From the NCBI GenBank assembly GCA_016931295.1, contig JAFGEZ010000021.1:1-49473 (forward strand): 49,473 bases of DNA, read 5' to 3'. Below the pieces are notes generated by a model. The model was not told the origin of the DNA, searched no databases, and saw only the letters and a list, made by a program, of their open reading frames with translations. Shown here one piece after another: positions 37,679 to 48,002 of the stretch (position 1 is the first letter of the stretch; each line of letters opens with the position of its first letter). This DNA is from Candidatus Krumholzibacteriota bacterium (lineage in GTDB: Bacteria; Krumholzibacteriota; Krumholzibacteriia; Krumholzibacteriales; Krumholzibacteriaceae). The position numbers were made by a program, and so were the translations under genes.

Positions 37679-40099
37679 ATGTCACGTATCCACGGATCGC
37701 ACCATGCGCGCGCCGTGATCGCAACGATCGCCGCGGCGGGCGCGCTTCTCGCCGCGCCGTCCGGCGCCGCGGAGATCACGGTCGTCTACCGGTTCGGCGA
37801 GCCCGCCCGCGTCGACGCGGGCGGGGGATTCACGCGGATCGAGTTTTCCTCGACGGTGCAGAGCGGCCGGCCGGGCGAGCCGGGGTACCCCTTCCGCGGC
37901 GCGGCGATTTTGCTGCCCCCCGGCGAGGGGGTCTCCGGCGTCCGGGTCGAGCGGCGCGGATGGCGCGAGCTCGAGGGGTCGCATCTCCTCCGCCCGATCC
38001 AGATCCCCGTGCCGATCCGATCGAGCGCCTCTCGCGAGCGGCCGTTCCTGTTCGACGCGGCCGCCTACGGCGTCGACCGGTGGGTCCATCCCCCCGAACC
38101 CCGTTTCACGACGCAGTTCTTCCGGGGCCACGCGATCGCGGTCGGCTGCATCAGCCCGCTCGCCTACCGCCCGAAAAACCGCGCGGTCGGCTGGTACGGC
38201 GAGATCGAGATCACGATCGAGACGGCGCCCGCCGCGGCGGCGGCCGCCGCCCTCGCGCTGATGCGCACCGATCCCGAAACGATCCGGCAGCTCGCGGCGA
38301 TCGTCGACAATCCGGAGGCCGCGCCCGGGGGCGGCGACACGTTCCTCGCGGCGAGCGGCCCCGACGACTACGAGTACCTCATCGTCACGCGCGACAGCCT
38401 GCGCGACGCGCTCGTCCCCTTCCGCGATCACCACACCCGGCGGGGCATGCGAACGCGCATCCGCTCCGTCGAGCAGATCGAGGCCCTCTTCCCGGGCGTC
38501 GACACGGCCGAGCGGATCCGCAACGCGATCATCCACGAATACGTGAACAGCGGGATCACGCACGTGCTCCTGGCGGGGGATTCGGACGGGCCGCCGGGCA
38601 ACGTCAAGCCCGTCCCCCACCGAAGCTTCTACTGCCACGTGCCGGACGAGCACGATGAGGAGTTCAACCTCCCGGCCGACGTCTACTACGCCGCCCTCGA
38701 CGGCGACTGGAACGCCGACGGCGACGGCCGGTGGGGCGAGGAGGGCGAAGAGGACTTCTTCCCCGAGATCGCCGTCGGGCGGGCGTGCGTCAGGTACCCG
38801 TCCGACGCGGCGCGGTTCGCCGACAAGGCGATGCTCTACGGATCGGCGCCGGTCGCCGGGCAGGTCCGCCGCGCCCTGCTCCTCGGCGAGTTGCTGAAGG
38901 ATCACCCGGAGACATGGGGCGCCGACGAGCTGGAGGAGCTCGTCGGCGCGTGCACGCACAACGATCTCGCGACGGCCGGCATACCGCCCGACTGGGAGAT
39001 CGCGACCCTCTTCGATCGCGACGAGTACTGGAACAAGGAGGACGCGTGGCCGATCATCAACGGCGGCACCCACTGGGTGGCCCACTCGGGCCACTGCATG
39101 ACCGACGCCGCCCTGAAATTCACCTCGTCCGACGTCCGGGACACGAAATTCACCAACGACGGCGTGAGCGCGAACCTCGTCATCATCGCCACGGTGGGCT
39201 GCTACGCGGCCGCGTTCGACAACCGCAACCCGCTGGGCGACTACGGCTTCGACTGCATCGCCGAGAAGATGGTGGACATCCGTCACTGCGCCGTCGCGTT
39301 CTTCGGCAACTCGCGCGCCGGCTTCCTCGATCCGGGCACCACGAGCAGCACCTCCCATCTCTACCTGCGGGAGTTTTTCGACGCCGTCTTCGGCGAGGGC
39401 TATCACACCCTCGGGGACGCGGTACGGCGCTGCAAGGAGGAGATCGTTCCCTGGATCGCCCTCTCCGACACCTCGCGGGCCGACGAATTCCGGTACGACT
39501 ACTACCAGCTCACCCTGCTCGGCGACCCCGCCCTCGACGCGTGGACCGACACGCCGCGGGCGATGAGCGTCACGCATCCCGCCTCGATCGATCGCTGGGA
39601 GGAATCGATGGTGGTTCTGGCCCCGAACGTCCCCGGCGCGCTGGCCGTCCTCTATCATGACGGCGTCGCCTACGCCCGGGGCGTCGGCACTCCCCTCGGC
39701 TATATCCTCCTGCGCCGGACGAGGCCCTTCCCCGACTCGCTCGTCGAGCTCGAGCTCGACGTGAGCGCGCACAACCGCTACACCTATCGCGACACGATCG
39801 CGATCACGGGCACGACCGGGATCGAAGACGCGCCGCCCGCGGCCAGCCTCGCCACGAACGCGCCGAATCCCTTCAATCCCTCGACCGTGATCCGCTTCAC
39901 GCTCGACACCGAACGGTTCGTCGACCTGCGGGTCTATGACGTGGCCGGGCGCGAGGTCGACCGGCTCGTCGCCTGCCGTCTCCCGGCCGGCCCGCACGAC
40001 GTGACCTGGCGGCCGAGTCACCTCTCGAGCGGCATCTACCTCTACGTGCTCCGCGCCGGCGATCGCCTGCTGAGCGGGAAGGCCGTCCTGGTCCGATGA
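37679..40099 (+). CDS. Peptidase C25 (gingipain-like cysteine protease) family protein with a T9SS C-terminal sorting domain.
   Basis: The His and Cys boxes read WVAHSGHC and IIATVGCYAAAFD. YEYLIVTRDSLRDALVPFRDHH resembles the gingipain N-terminus. The CTD is NPFNPSTVIRFTL...GIYLYVLRAGDRLLSGKAVLVR. Signal peptide AVIATIAAAGALLAAPSGAA. Confidence 0.75.
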   Translation: MSRIHGSHHARAVIATIAAAGALLAAPSGAAEITVVYRFGEPARVDAGGGFTRIEFSSTVQSGRPGEPGYPFRGAAILLPPGEGVSGVRVERRGWRELEGSHLLRPIQIPVPIRSSASRERPFLFDAAAYGVDRWVHPPEPRFTTQFFRGHAIAVGCISPLAYRPKNRAVGWYGEIEITIETAPAAAAAAALALMRTDPETIRQLAAIVDNPEAAPGGGDTFLAASGPDDYEYLIVTRDSLRDALVPFRDHHTRRGMRTRIRSVEQIEALFPGVDTAERIRNAIIHEYVNSGITHVLLAGDSDGPPGNVKPVPHRSFYCHVPDEHDEEFNLPADVYYAALDGDWNADGDGRWGEEGEEDFFPEIAVGRACVRYPSDAARFADKAMLYGSAPVAGQVRRALLLGELLKDHPETWGADELEELVGACTHNDLATAGIPPDWEIATLFDRDEYWNKEDAWPIINGGTHWVAHSGHCMTDAALKFTSSDVRDTKFTNDGVSANLVIIATVGCYAAAFDNRNPLGDYGFDCIAEKMVDIRHCAVAFFGNSRAGFLDPGTTSSTSHLYLREFFDAVFGEGYHTLGDAVRRCKEEIVPWIALSDTSRADEFRYDYYQLTLLGDPALDAWTDTPRAMSVTHPASIDRWEESMVVLAPNVPGALAVLYHDGVAYARGVGTPLGYILLRRTRPFPDSLVELELDVSAHNRYTYRDTIAITGTTGIEDAPPAASLATNAPNPFNPSTVIRFTLDTERFVDLRVYDVAGREVDRLVACRLPAGPHDVTWRPSHLSSGIYLYVLRAGDRLLSGKAVLVR

Positions 40100-40190
40100 C
40101 CGGACGGCGACGCGCGTCGCCGCGGCGCCCCACCGTCCGCGGCGGCTGCATGTCATTCGCGGGTCGCGGGCGCGCGGCGCGCCGGCCCCG

Positions 40191-42977
40191 CTATTCCTTG
40201 AACTCGTCGAGGGCGTTCTCGTCGAGATCCCCCGAGACGGCGATGATGTAGTTCTTCGTATCGAGGTAGCGGTTGGCGGCGGCCCGGACGTCCTCGAGGG
40301 TGACCGCCATGATCCGCTCCCTCCTCGTGTCGAAGTAATCCAGGGGCCTGCCGTTCTTTATCTGGTCGTAGACGACGGCCCCGACGTCGTCCGGCGTCCG
40401 CACGTACAGGCTCAGGAGCGCGATCTTCCGCGCCTTGGCCTTCTCCAGCTCCCCGGCGGTCACGCCGTCTTCCTGGACCTTGCGGATCTCCTCGAACATC
40501 CCCCTGATCATCCTCGCCACCTTCGTCTTGTCGGTGTTCGTGCGGATGTTCCAGTAGCCCCCCTCGTCGCGGATCCAGAGGTTGCTCTTGATCCCGTAGC
40601 TGAGGCCCTGCCTGTCGCGAAGCTCGATGCCCATCCGGGAGGTCAGCGAGCTGCCGCAGAGGATGTGCTCGAGGATCCCGATCGCCTCGAGATCGGGATT
40701 CGATTCCATGATCCCGCCGGAAACCGGGTTGAAGGCGATATCCACCCGGCACTGCTCGTACTCGGGGTTGCCGAAGACGATCACGTGCTTGCCCTCGATC
40801 CGGTCGATCCTGCCGAATGGAAGCATGGGGTCGCGCGATTCCTTCCTCCAGCCGCCCAGCGTCCCGTTCAGCTTCCCCTCGATCCAGTCGCGGTCGAAAT
40901 CGCCCACGACCACGAGCTTCATCCGGTCGGGGCTGTAGTACCTGTCGTGGAAGGCCACGAGGTCGTCGCGCGTGAGCTCCCGGTAGACGTCCGGGTCGCC
41001 GGCGTGCGACACCGCGTACTGGTGGCCCTCGAAGACCGCCTCGAACATCCCGTAGAAGGCCTTCATCCGGTCGGTCGTCTTGAAATCCTCCGCGGCCGCG
41101 ACCAGGCGGGGTCGGATCTTCTCCATCTGCTCCTCGGGGAACGACGGCTCGACGAGGCCGCACATCAGGCCGCCGAGCATCCTGTCGATGTCCTCTCTCA
41201 GGGAGTATCCCGTGAACCCGATGGTGTTCCAGCTCTGGCTGATGTCGATCGAGTAGGGCGTGAAGGAGATCTCCTCGAGGATCTCGTCGAAGCTGCGATC
41301 TTCCGTCCCGCGCAGGAGCATCGCCTCGGTGAACCCGCGGATTCCCGGGCGCTCCATGTTCTCCTGGATGCGGCCGGTCTTGATGAATCCCATCACGAGG
41401 ACGGTGGGGAAATCGTGGTTCTCAAGGAGATAGACGGGCACGCCGTTGTCGAGGACGAGCGAGTCGATCATCGGGGCGATCGGGTTGGGAGCGATGATGT
41501 CGTCGAGTCGCGGCCCGTAGAGCTCGAGGACCTCGGGCAACGTTTCGTCCGCTCCCTGTCCCGGCTCCCCGTGTTCGCCGCCCGTTTCCATCCCGTCGGG
41601 ATCGTCTTCCGCTTCCTCGTCCGCCGCACGGCTCCGTTTCGTTTTCGTCGCCGTCGTGTCGGGCGAGGAATAGCAGACGACCAGGTTGTCGGATTGGAGG
41701 TACGTGCCGGTCACCCGCAGGATGTCCTCGCCGGTGACCGACTGGACCATCCGGGTCCACTCGTTGATGTACTCCCACCCCACGTAGTTCTCGTAGAGTC
41801 CCAGGCGGTTGCCGACATCGCTCGTGTACTGGTCGCCGGTGATCTCGTCGAAGCGGATCCTGTTCTTGATCTTCTGCAGATCGTACTCGTCCACCGGCAC
41901 GGTGGCGAGCGAATCGATCTCCTCCCGGATCGCCGCCTCCACGTCGGCCACCGGGACGCCGGGCAGGAGCCGGACCCCGATGCTGAACGTCCGGGGATCC
42001 TTGCTGAAGGAGAGCCCCCCGCCCACCGAGGAGCAGAGCTCGTCCCGCCTGACCAGGCGCTTGTAGAGGCGGGAGGTGGCGCTGCGCCCGCAGAGGATGG
42101 TGCCCGCCACGTACAGGGCGGGACCGTCCTCGTCGAAGCGGCCGGGCGCCTGGAAATACATGTTCACCGCCTCGTCGAGGATATCCGAATGTTTGAACTC
42201 GAGGATCTTCTTCCCCTCGGCCGGGACGCGGTAGAACCGGGGCTTCTCCAGCTCCGGGCCCCGGGTGATGTCGCCGAAGTACCGCCTGACCTGCCCGAGG
42301 ATCTCCTCCGTCTCGAAATCCCCGCAGAGGACCAGCGTGGCGTTGTTGGGAGTGTAGTATTTCCGGTACCAGGCGTAGGCCTGGTCGCGGGTGATCGACC
42401 GGATATCCTCCATCCACCCGATGACGGGATTCCGGTAGGGATGGTTCTTGAAGATGAGGGTGTTGACTTCCTCTCGCCGCATGCCCTTGGCGCTGTTGTC
42501 GACCCGCTGCCGCCGTTCCTGCGCGATCACCCCGATCTCGCTCGCGAACTCGCCGGGGTCGAACTCGCACCGGTGCATGCGCTCCGATTCGATGTCGAAG
42601 GCGAGCTCGATCCTGTTCCGGGGGAGCAACTCGTAGTAGACCGTGATGTCGCTGGATGTGAAGGCGTTGAAGATGCCCCCGTTGGAGGAGACGAGATCGG
42701 CGATGGTGCCCCTGGGAAACCGTTCGGTGCCCTTGAACATCATGTGCTCGACGATATGGGAGATGCCGGTCTGCCCGTACGGCTCGTACTTCGCGCCGAC
42801 GTCGTACGTCAGCCGCGAGTAGATGACGGGGGCGGTGTGCATCTCGTAGGTGATGACGTGCAGGCCGTTCTCGAGGGTGAATTCCCTGACCTTCGATTCG
42901 TCGATCGCCATGAGCGGGCCGGCGGAGGCCAGCGCCAGGACGATCGCGATCGCCGACACGGACAGTGTCCTTTTCAT
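40191..42977 (-). CDS. Tandem M16 (pitrilysin/insulinase) family zinc peptidase, secreted.
   Basis: The inverted zinc motif HxxEH is present in GISHIVEHMMFKG. The 928-aa length suggests two M16 halves. The signal peptide is MKRTLSVSAIAIVLALASAGPLMA. The RBS is GGGAGG. Confidence 0.8.
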   Translation of the reverse strand: MKRTLSVSAIAIVLALASAGPLMAIDESKVREFTLENGLHVITYEMHTAPVIYSRLTYDVGAKYEPYGQTGISHIVEHMMFKGTERFPRGTIADLVSSNGGIFNAFTSSDITVYYELLPRNRIELAFDIESERMHRCEFDPGEFASEIGVIAQERRQRVDNSAKGMRREEVNTLIFKNHPYRNPVIGWMEDIRSITRDQAYAWYRKYYTPNNATLVLCGDFETEEILGQVRRYFGDITRGPELEKPRFYRVPAEGKKILEFKHSDILDEAVNMYFQAPGRFDEDGPALYVAGTILCGRSATSRLYKRLVRRDELCSSVGGGLSFSKDPRTFSIGVRLLPGVPVADVEAAIREEIDSLATVPVDEYDLQKIKNRIRFDEITGDQYTSDVGNRLGLYENYVGWEYINEWTRMVQSVTGEDILRVTGTYLQSDNLVVCYSSPDTTATKTKRSRAADEEAEDDPDGMETGGEHGEPGQGADETLPEVLELYGPRLDDIIAPNPIAPMIDSLVLDNGVPVYLLENHDFPTVLVMGFIKTGRIQENMERPGIRGFTEAMLLRGTEDRSFDEILEEISFTPYSIDISQSWNTIGFTGYSLREDIDRMLGGLMCGLVEPSFPEEQMEKIRPRLVAAAEDFKTTDRMKAFYGMFEAVFEGHQYAVSHAGDPDVYRELTRDDLVAFHDRYYSPDRMKLVVVGDFDRDWIEGKLNGTLGGWRKESRDPMLPFGRIDRIEGKHVIVFGNPEYEQCRVDIAFNPVSGGIMESNPDLEAIGILEHILCGSSLTSRMGIELRDRQGLSYGIKSNLWIRDEGGYWNIRTNTDKTKVARMIRGMFEEIRKVQEDGVTAGELEKAKARKIALLSLYVRTPDDVGAVVYDQIKNGRPLDYFDTRRERIMAVTLEDVRAAANRYLDTKNYIIAVSGDLDENALDEFKE

Positions 42978-43185
42978 CGATCCTCCCGATACGTTGCGAG
43001 GAAAAGAGGTTGCACAAGACGTCTTCGTGGATTCAGGCAATACATGTCCCGGGTAGTATACCCCCCTCCCGGGCGGAATGCCAGTCCATGCAGCTGCTCG
43101 ATTCCCTCTTCGGCCTCCGGCCGGCGCCTGGACCGGGCCGGCATCCGGTGAATCGTCGGATTGGCGCCGCTGCCCACCGTCGCCG

Positions 43186-44391
43186 TTACGGAATCATGCC
43201 GGCGAATCCGGCCCCGTGCAGGGCGAGTTCGGCGGGAAGAGACGGAACCGCACCGATCCGTCGATCGTCGGCCGCGTTCGTCACGCCGCCTTCGCCGCCG
43301 GCCGCGCCGGAAACCCCGGCGACCATGCCCGCCGTCTCGAGCAGCGCGATGGAGGGCTCGAGACGCTGGAGCAGATCGCGGCGCGTCCGCGCGGCGTAAT
43401 CGTGTTTCCCGCACCGCTCTCCCATCTCGATAACCCGGCAGGCGTAGGCCGGGCGCGAGGGATCGAGGACGGCCGCAGCCCGGGCGAGCTGGAAGGGAAT
43501 CTCCCGCATCCCCTTCCCTGCCGCGGCCGCCGCCCCCGCGTCCAGCGCTCCGGCGACGACGGAGGCATCGAAGGTGAAAGCCATGAGCGCGAGAGCCGCG
43601 ACCAGGGCCAGCGAGACGGCGTTTCCGCGCGGAACATCGTTCCTCCGCGGACCGGCGAGACGTATCCCGTCGAGCGCCTGGACGACCCAGGCGACAACTC
43701 CCGCCGCGGCGACGGCAGCGGCGGCGATGAGGAACCGCTCGAGGAATCCTGCATCGACGCCGTACGGGCCGGCGAAGGCGTTCAGATCCCAGAGCAGGCC
43801 GGCCTTCGTAAGCGTCACGGCCGCGATGCCAGCCAGGCAGACGACCCAGAGCGCGGCGGCGGCCCTCGCGTGATGTCCGGAGACGAAGAGTCCCATCCCC
43901 GGAAACACCGACCCGATCAATCCCGCGGCGGCGCGCGATCTCAGCCATCCCGGCGACCGGCGCATCCTCCGCGCCTCCTCCCTCCCGGCGAGCACGATCC
44001 CCCTCGTCCACGCGAGGCAGCAGGAAACGGCGGCCGCGGCGGCGGCCGCGATCATCGCGACCGCGGCGGGGAACCCGATCTCCGGCCACGGGATGCGCGT
44101 CCACAGCACCGCCGTCGCGGTCGCCGAACCCGCTCCCAGCAGGGCGATCGCCATCCAGGCGCGGCTGCGGCGCCCGGCGGATGTCGCCAGGATCGAGAAG
44201 GGTCCCGCCATGCAGGACAGGATCGCCGGCACGCCGGACGCGCGTTCCGCGCGGGCGCCGGGCGCGCCGCTCCTGTTTTCTCGCGCCGTGGCGGACCGCA
44301 GGTATGCGGGCAGATCCTTCGCGACGTTCCGCGACGAGCCGGCGTCGCCGCGCACGGGATCGATGACATACACCTTCTGCCGACCGCTCAT
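43186..44391 (-). CDS. Hypothetical Ala-rich polytopic membrane protein with about 6 TM helices.
   Basis: This is the only frame in the region with hydrophobic helices (AVAMIAAAAAAAVSCCLAW, ALWVVCLAGIAAVTLT, AVSLALVAALALMAFTF). The alternative frames are Arg-rich. I recognised no family. Confidence 0.35.
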   Translation of the reverse strand: MSGRQKVYVIDPVRGDAGSSRNVAKDLPAYLRSATARENRSGAPGARAERASGVPAILSCMAGPFSILATSAGRRSRAWMAIALLGAGSATATAVLWTRIPWPEIGFPAAVAMIAAAAAAAVSCCLAWTRGIVLAGREEARRMRRSPGWLRSRAAAGLIGSVFPGMGLFVSGHHARAAAALWVVCLAGIAAVTLTKAGLLWDLNAFAGPYGVDAGFLERFLIAAAAVAAAGVVAWVVQALDGIRLAGPRRNDVPRGNAVSLALVAALALMAFTFDASVVAGALDAGAAAAAGKGMREIPFQLARAAAVLDPSRPAYACRVIEMGERCGKHDYAARTRRDLLQRLEPSIALLETAGMVAGVSGAAGGEGGVTNAADDRRIGAVPSLPAELALHGAGFAGMIP

Positions 44392-44584
44392 CTCTTCTCC
44401 TTCCGTCGAGGCGGCCGCTCACCCTGCCGGGCGGTCGTCATGTCGGGATACGCTGCGGGCCGAGCGCTGACGCACGGTGATTTCGGCAATAATCGTACCG
44501 GGGACATCCGGGCGCCGGGCGGCGTCCGGACGACGGGCCATCATGGAGACGCCGGGGACGGCGCAGGGAATCGGGAGACGCGAC

Positions 44585-44608
44585 GGAAACCGGACTTTTC
44601 CGGTTTCC
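44585..44608. promoter_or_regulatory. Perfect 10-bp inverted repeat GGAAACCGGA-CTTT-TCCGGTTTCC in the long divergent intergenic region.
   Basis: Read directly from the sequence. It lies ~350 nt upstream of the sigma-54 promoter at 44944, so it is a candidate enhancer or regulator site or an RNA hairpin. Confidence 0.3.
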
Positions 44609-44943
44609 GCCCCATGCGGCCTCGCGGCGCCGCCAGGACGGGGACGGTTCGTGATGCAACGCCGCATTGCACCGCGTCACGCGGGATTGTCAGCGAGCGT
44701 CCAACCCGCTCGGCGGGATCTTCCACCTCTCCTGCAGTTCCGGGCGTCGCGCGAAACGATCGTACCCGGCGTCGCCCGCCGACCCGAAGTGGCTTAAATC
44801 CGCCGGGCAGGGCCCGGAACGGATCGGCCGCGGAGACAAAAACGATCGCCCCGCGCGGCGAAGCGCACCCGCCAGATCCCCTAACTGCCTCCCATGAAAC
44901 AGATTGCCCATCCAATCCTCTTCGGCGCACCCGAACGCTCCGC

Positions 44944-44959
44944 TGGCACTTCCCTTGCA
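44944..44959 (+). promoter_or_regulatory. Sigma-54 -24/-12 promoter, TGGCAC-ttccc-TTGCA.
   Basis: An exact consensus match, 116 nt upstream of the ATG of the YdjI-like SPFH gene at 45075. Confidence 0.55.
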
Positions 44960-45074
44960 CATCACCTGGATCGGACCGGTTTGCGCGCGCGGTGCGCGCG
45001 CGGCGCCGGCGCATCGACGGCCGATACAACGAACGCACATATCGACACTGGGCCCCAGACGACGGGAGACCGCA

Positions 45075-46223
45075 ATGAGCCAGTTCATGGAAGTCCTCGA
45101 GTGGTTCGACCAGACCGGCGAGGAGATCGTCCACCGCCTCCCCCCCGAGGGATCGGCCGAGATCAAGATGGGCGCGCAGCTCATCGTGCGCGACAACCAG
45201 ACGGCCGTCTTCTTCAAGGACGGCAAGGGGCTCGACGTCTTCGGCGCGGGGCGGCACACGCTCTCGACGAAGAACCTGCCGATCCTCACGAAGATCCTCG
45301 CCCTCCCCTGGGGCTTCACGAGCCCCTTCCGGGCCGAGGTCTACTTCGCCAACATGAAGACCTTCCTCGACCAGAAGTGGGGCACGAAGGACCCGGTGGC
45401 ATTCAAGGACAGCCGCCTCGGCCTCGTCCGGCTGCGCGCCTTCGGCCGCTACACCTTCCGGATCGCCGAGCCGGTGCTCTTCGTCAACTCGGTCGTCGGC
45501 ACGCAGGGCTTCTACACGAGCGAGATGATCGGCGAGTACCTGCGCGACGTCGTCGTCGCCCGGATGAACGACCTCTTCGGCGAGCAGCTCGACACGATCT
45601 TCGACCTGCCGCAACGCTACGACGAGCTGGCCGTGCAGCTGCGCGGGCGTCTCGTCGACGACTTCTCCCGCTACGGTCTCGAGCTGCGCGACTTCTACAT
45701 CAGCGCGATCACGCCGCCCCCCGAGGTGCAGACGATGATCGACGAGCGGAGCGGCCTCGAGGCGGTCGGCAACCTCGACGACTTCTTCAAGTTCAAGGCG
45801 GCCAAGGCGATGGGAGACGCCGCCTCCTCCGGCGGCGGCGGCGCGGCGGGCGCCGCGGCGGCATCCGGCATGGGGGTCGGCGTGGGGGCCGGTCTCGGGA
45901 TGATGATCCCCGGGATGCTCGCCCGCCAGGCGGCGGAAGCCCCGGCGGGGGGCGCGGCGACGGCCGTGGCGACCTTCGCCTGCCCGAAGTGCCACAACGA
46001 GGTCGGGGCCGAGTCGCGCTTCTGCCCGAGTTGCGGGGCGCAACTGGTCAGGATGAATACCTGTCCCGACTGCGACGCCGAGCTTCCCGCCGATGCGCGC
46101 TTCTGCTCGCGGTGCGGACGCGAACTCGCCGCGACGCTCGCCTGCCCGCACTGCGGCCGCGATCTGCCGCCGGGCACGAAGTTCTGCACGGGCTGCGGCG
46201 AGAAGGTGGAGCGAAAGGAATAG
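45075..46223 (+). CDS. YdjI-like SPFH-related protein with a Gly-rich linker and C-terminal tandem zinc ribbons.
   Basis: The N-terminus [51 protein letters not shown] resembles Bacillus subtilis YdjI as I recall it. The C-terminus has CPKC..CPSC, CPDC..CSRC and CPHC..CTGC. The RBS is GGGAGA. Confidence 0.65.
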   Translation: MSQFMEVLEWFDQTGEEIVHRLPPEGSAEIKMGAQLIVRDNQTAVFFKDGKGLDVFGAGRHTLSTKNLPILTKILALPWGFTSPFRAEVYFANMKTFLDQKWGTKDPVAFKDSRLGLVRLRAFGRYTFRIAEPVLFVNSVVGTQGFYTSEMIGEYLRDVVVARMNDLFGEQLDTIFDLPQRYDELAVQLRGRLVDDFSRYGLELRDFYISAITPPPEVQTMIDERSGLEAVGNLDDFFKFKAAKAMGDAASSGGGGAAGAAAASGMGVGVGAGLGMMIPGMLARQAAEAPAGGAATAVATFACPKCHNEVGAESRFCPSCGAQLVRMNTCPDCDAELPADARFCSRCGRELAATLACPHCGRDLPPGTKFCTGCGEKVERKE

Positions 46224-46230
46224 GGACGCG

Positions 46231-46941
46231 ATGAACGTCCGGTGCCGCCTCTGCGGCGGCGACAACACGGTCCGGCCGGGGCAGCGGATGGTGACGTGCG
46301 CCTTCTGCGGCTCGGCCCTCGCCCTCGGGGAGAAGGAAGGTCCCGAACAGCTCATCCTCCCCCACGAGCGCACGGACCGGGGCGCAACCGAGGCCCTCGT
46401 CTCCCACCTCGCCGAGCGCGGCCTCGCCCTGCCGCGGGGGATTCCCGAGGTCTCCTTCGCCTACGTCCCCTACGCGATGGCGACGGGCGAGAGGGGCACG
46501 ATGGAAACGACGGCGATCGCCGCCGCCCCGCGCGCGGCGCGCTCTATCCCCTGGCCCCCCGCCGGCGCCTGGCGCTTCTTCGACGAAGCCCTCGCCGGCG
46601 GCGAGGAGATCGTCCCGGCCGGCGAAATCCCCGGCGATGCCATCCGCCTGCTCTGGCTTCCCCTCTACACCGTGCGCTACCGTGCGGCCGGGAAGACGCG
46701 CACGGCGGCGATTTTCGGCGACAGCTGGCTCGTCCTCGCGACCGACTGGCCCCCCGGGCGGCCGCAAACGCTCGACACGCGGAACGTCCTTCTCGCCGCC
46801 GGGCTCTTCGTCGCCTACCTCTTCATCGGCAGACTCGGCGCCGGGCTCCCGGCGCGGCTTGTCGTCATCGCGTCCGCCGCGACGACGGGCTGGCTCGCCC
46901 TCGCCGCGCGGCGGCGTCTCGCGGGACGGTCGAACGGATGA
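46231..46941 (+). CDS. Zinc-ribbon membrane protein (YdjG-like partner 1).
   Basis: The N-terminus has CRLC-x14-CAFC and there is a C-terminal TM helix. Its stop overlaps the next start (ATGA). Confidence 0.55.
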   Translation: MNVRCRLCGGDNTVRPGQRMVTCAFCGSALALGEKEGPEQLILPHERTDRGATEALVSHLAERGLALPRGIPEVSFAYVPYAMATGERGTMETTAIAAAPRAARSIPWPPAGAWRFFDEALAGGEEIVPAGEIPGDAIRLLWLPLYTVRYRAAGKTRTAAIFGDSWLVLATDWPPGRPQTLDTRNVLLAAGLFVAYLFIGRLGAGLPARLVVIASAATTGWLALAARRRLAGRSNG

Positions 46942-48002
46942 GCGTGGAAACGATCGAACGAACGGACAACCCGGCGAACGAGCCCGGGAAGGGCGCGCCG
47001 GAGCGGGGCGCCGCCGACCAGGCAAAGCCGGTGGAGACGTACGGCGTCGCCTGCCCCGCCTGCGGCGGGTCGCTCGGCGTGCAGGAGGGGGAACGGAGCG
47101 TTTGCTGCGAGTACTGCGGCTCCGCCCTCGTCGTCGTGGATCCGGCCGGCGTGCGCTCCTTCGCGATGGACCCGCGGATCACGGCCGGCAAGGCACGGCT
47201 CACCGCGCTGCATCACCTCGCCGAAGAGACCGGCGGGCGGATCCGGGCGCGGCACGCCTCGATCGTCGACCTCCGCCTCGTCCACGTCCCCTTCTGGCGG
47301 ATGCACGGGCGTCTCGTCGGCTGGCTCGCCGGCAACGAGATCCATCGACGCCAGGTGGAGGTCCTTCGCCCCGACGGGCACGGGGGCGAGCGCCTCGTCA
47401 TGACGACGAACGAGGAACGCCGGCCCTTCGCGAAGCTCGTCTTCAAGCACATCGACTGGAGCGCCCCCGCCTGCTCGCTCAGGAGGCTCGGCCTGCGGGG
47501 GATCGCGTTCCGCTCGCGCTTCATCCGGTGGCGTCCTTTCGACCACCGGCTCGGCGACGAGGGATCCTTCGCCTTCCCGATGATCTCCCCCGGACAGGCC
47601 GAGCGGGACGCCTTCGCCTACCTGACGAACCTCTGCGCGCCCACCGGGGCCGAGGTGCGGGCGAGCCGGTTCGACCTGCTCGGCAGCGAGTTCTCGCTCT
47701 ACTACTACCCGGTCTACCTGCTCCGCTACCGCCACGGGCGGCGCATCTACACGATCACCGTCGACGGCAACGACGGCTCGGTCCTTCGCGGCGAGACGCC
47801 GCCGCGAAGGCAAGCCGACCTCAGGACCTTCTTTTTCGTGCCCGCCCTCTTCGCCTTGCTCGCCGGCCTGTGGCTTCCGGCGGTGGCGATCGCGGCGGGG
47901 ATCGTCTATGTACGCGACCTCGTGCAGGCCCGCGGGATGATGCCGCCGCACCGCTGGCTCGCGGCGCGTCTCGACCGCTGGTTCGGAGGTGAGTTGAGAT
48001 GA
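46938..48002 (+). CDS. Zinc-ribbon membrane protein (partner 2).
   Basis: The motif is CPAC-x14-CEYC and there is a C-terminal TM (FFFVPALFALLAGLWLPAVAIAAGIVYV). The start and stop are translationally coupled to the flanking genes. Confidence 0.55.
   Translation: MSVETIERTDNPANEPGKGAPERGAADQAKPVETYGVACPACGGSLGVQEGERSVCCEYCGSALVVVDPAGVRSFAMDPRITAGKARLTALHHLAEETGGRIRARHASIVDLRLVHVPFWRMHGRLVGWLAGNEIHRRQVEVLRPDGHGGERLVMTTNEERRPFAKLVFKHIDWSAPACSLRRLGLRGIAFRSRFIRWRPFDHRLGDEGSFAFPMISPGQAERDAFAYLTNLCAPTGAEVRASRFDLLGSEFSLYYYPVYLLRYRHGRRIYTITVDGNDGSVLRGETPPRRQADLRTFFFVPALFALLAGLWLPAVAIAAGIVYVRDLVQARGMMPPHRWLAARLDRWFGGELR

Noticed and set aside
42974-45078. Long Arg-rich ORFs 42974-44422 (minus) and 43078-45078 (plus).
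   Set aside because: They are compositional artefacts. The 43186-44391 minus frame is the only one with membrane-protein-like hydrophobic helices, and 44392-45074 is better explained as regulatory intergenic DNA.
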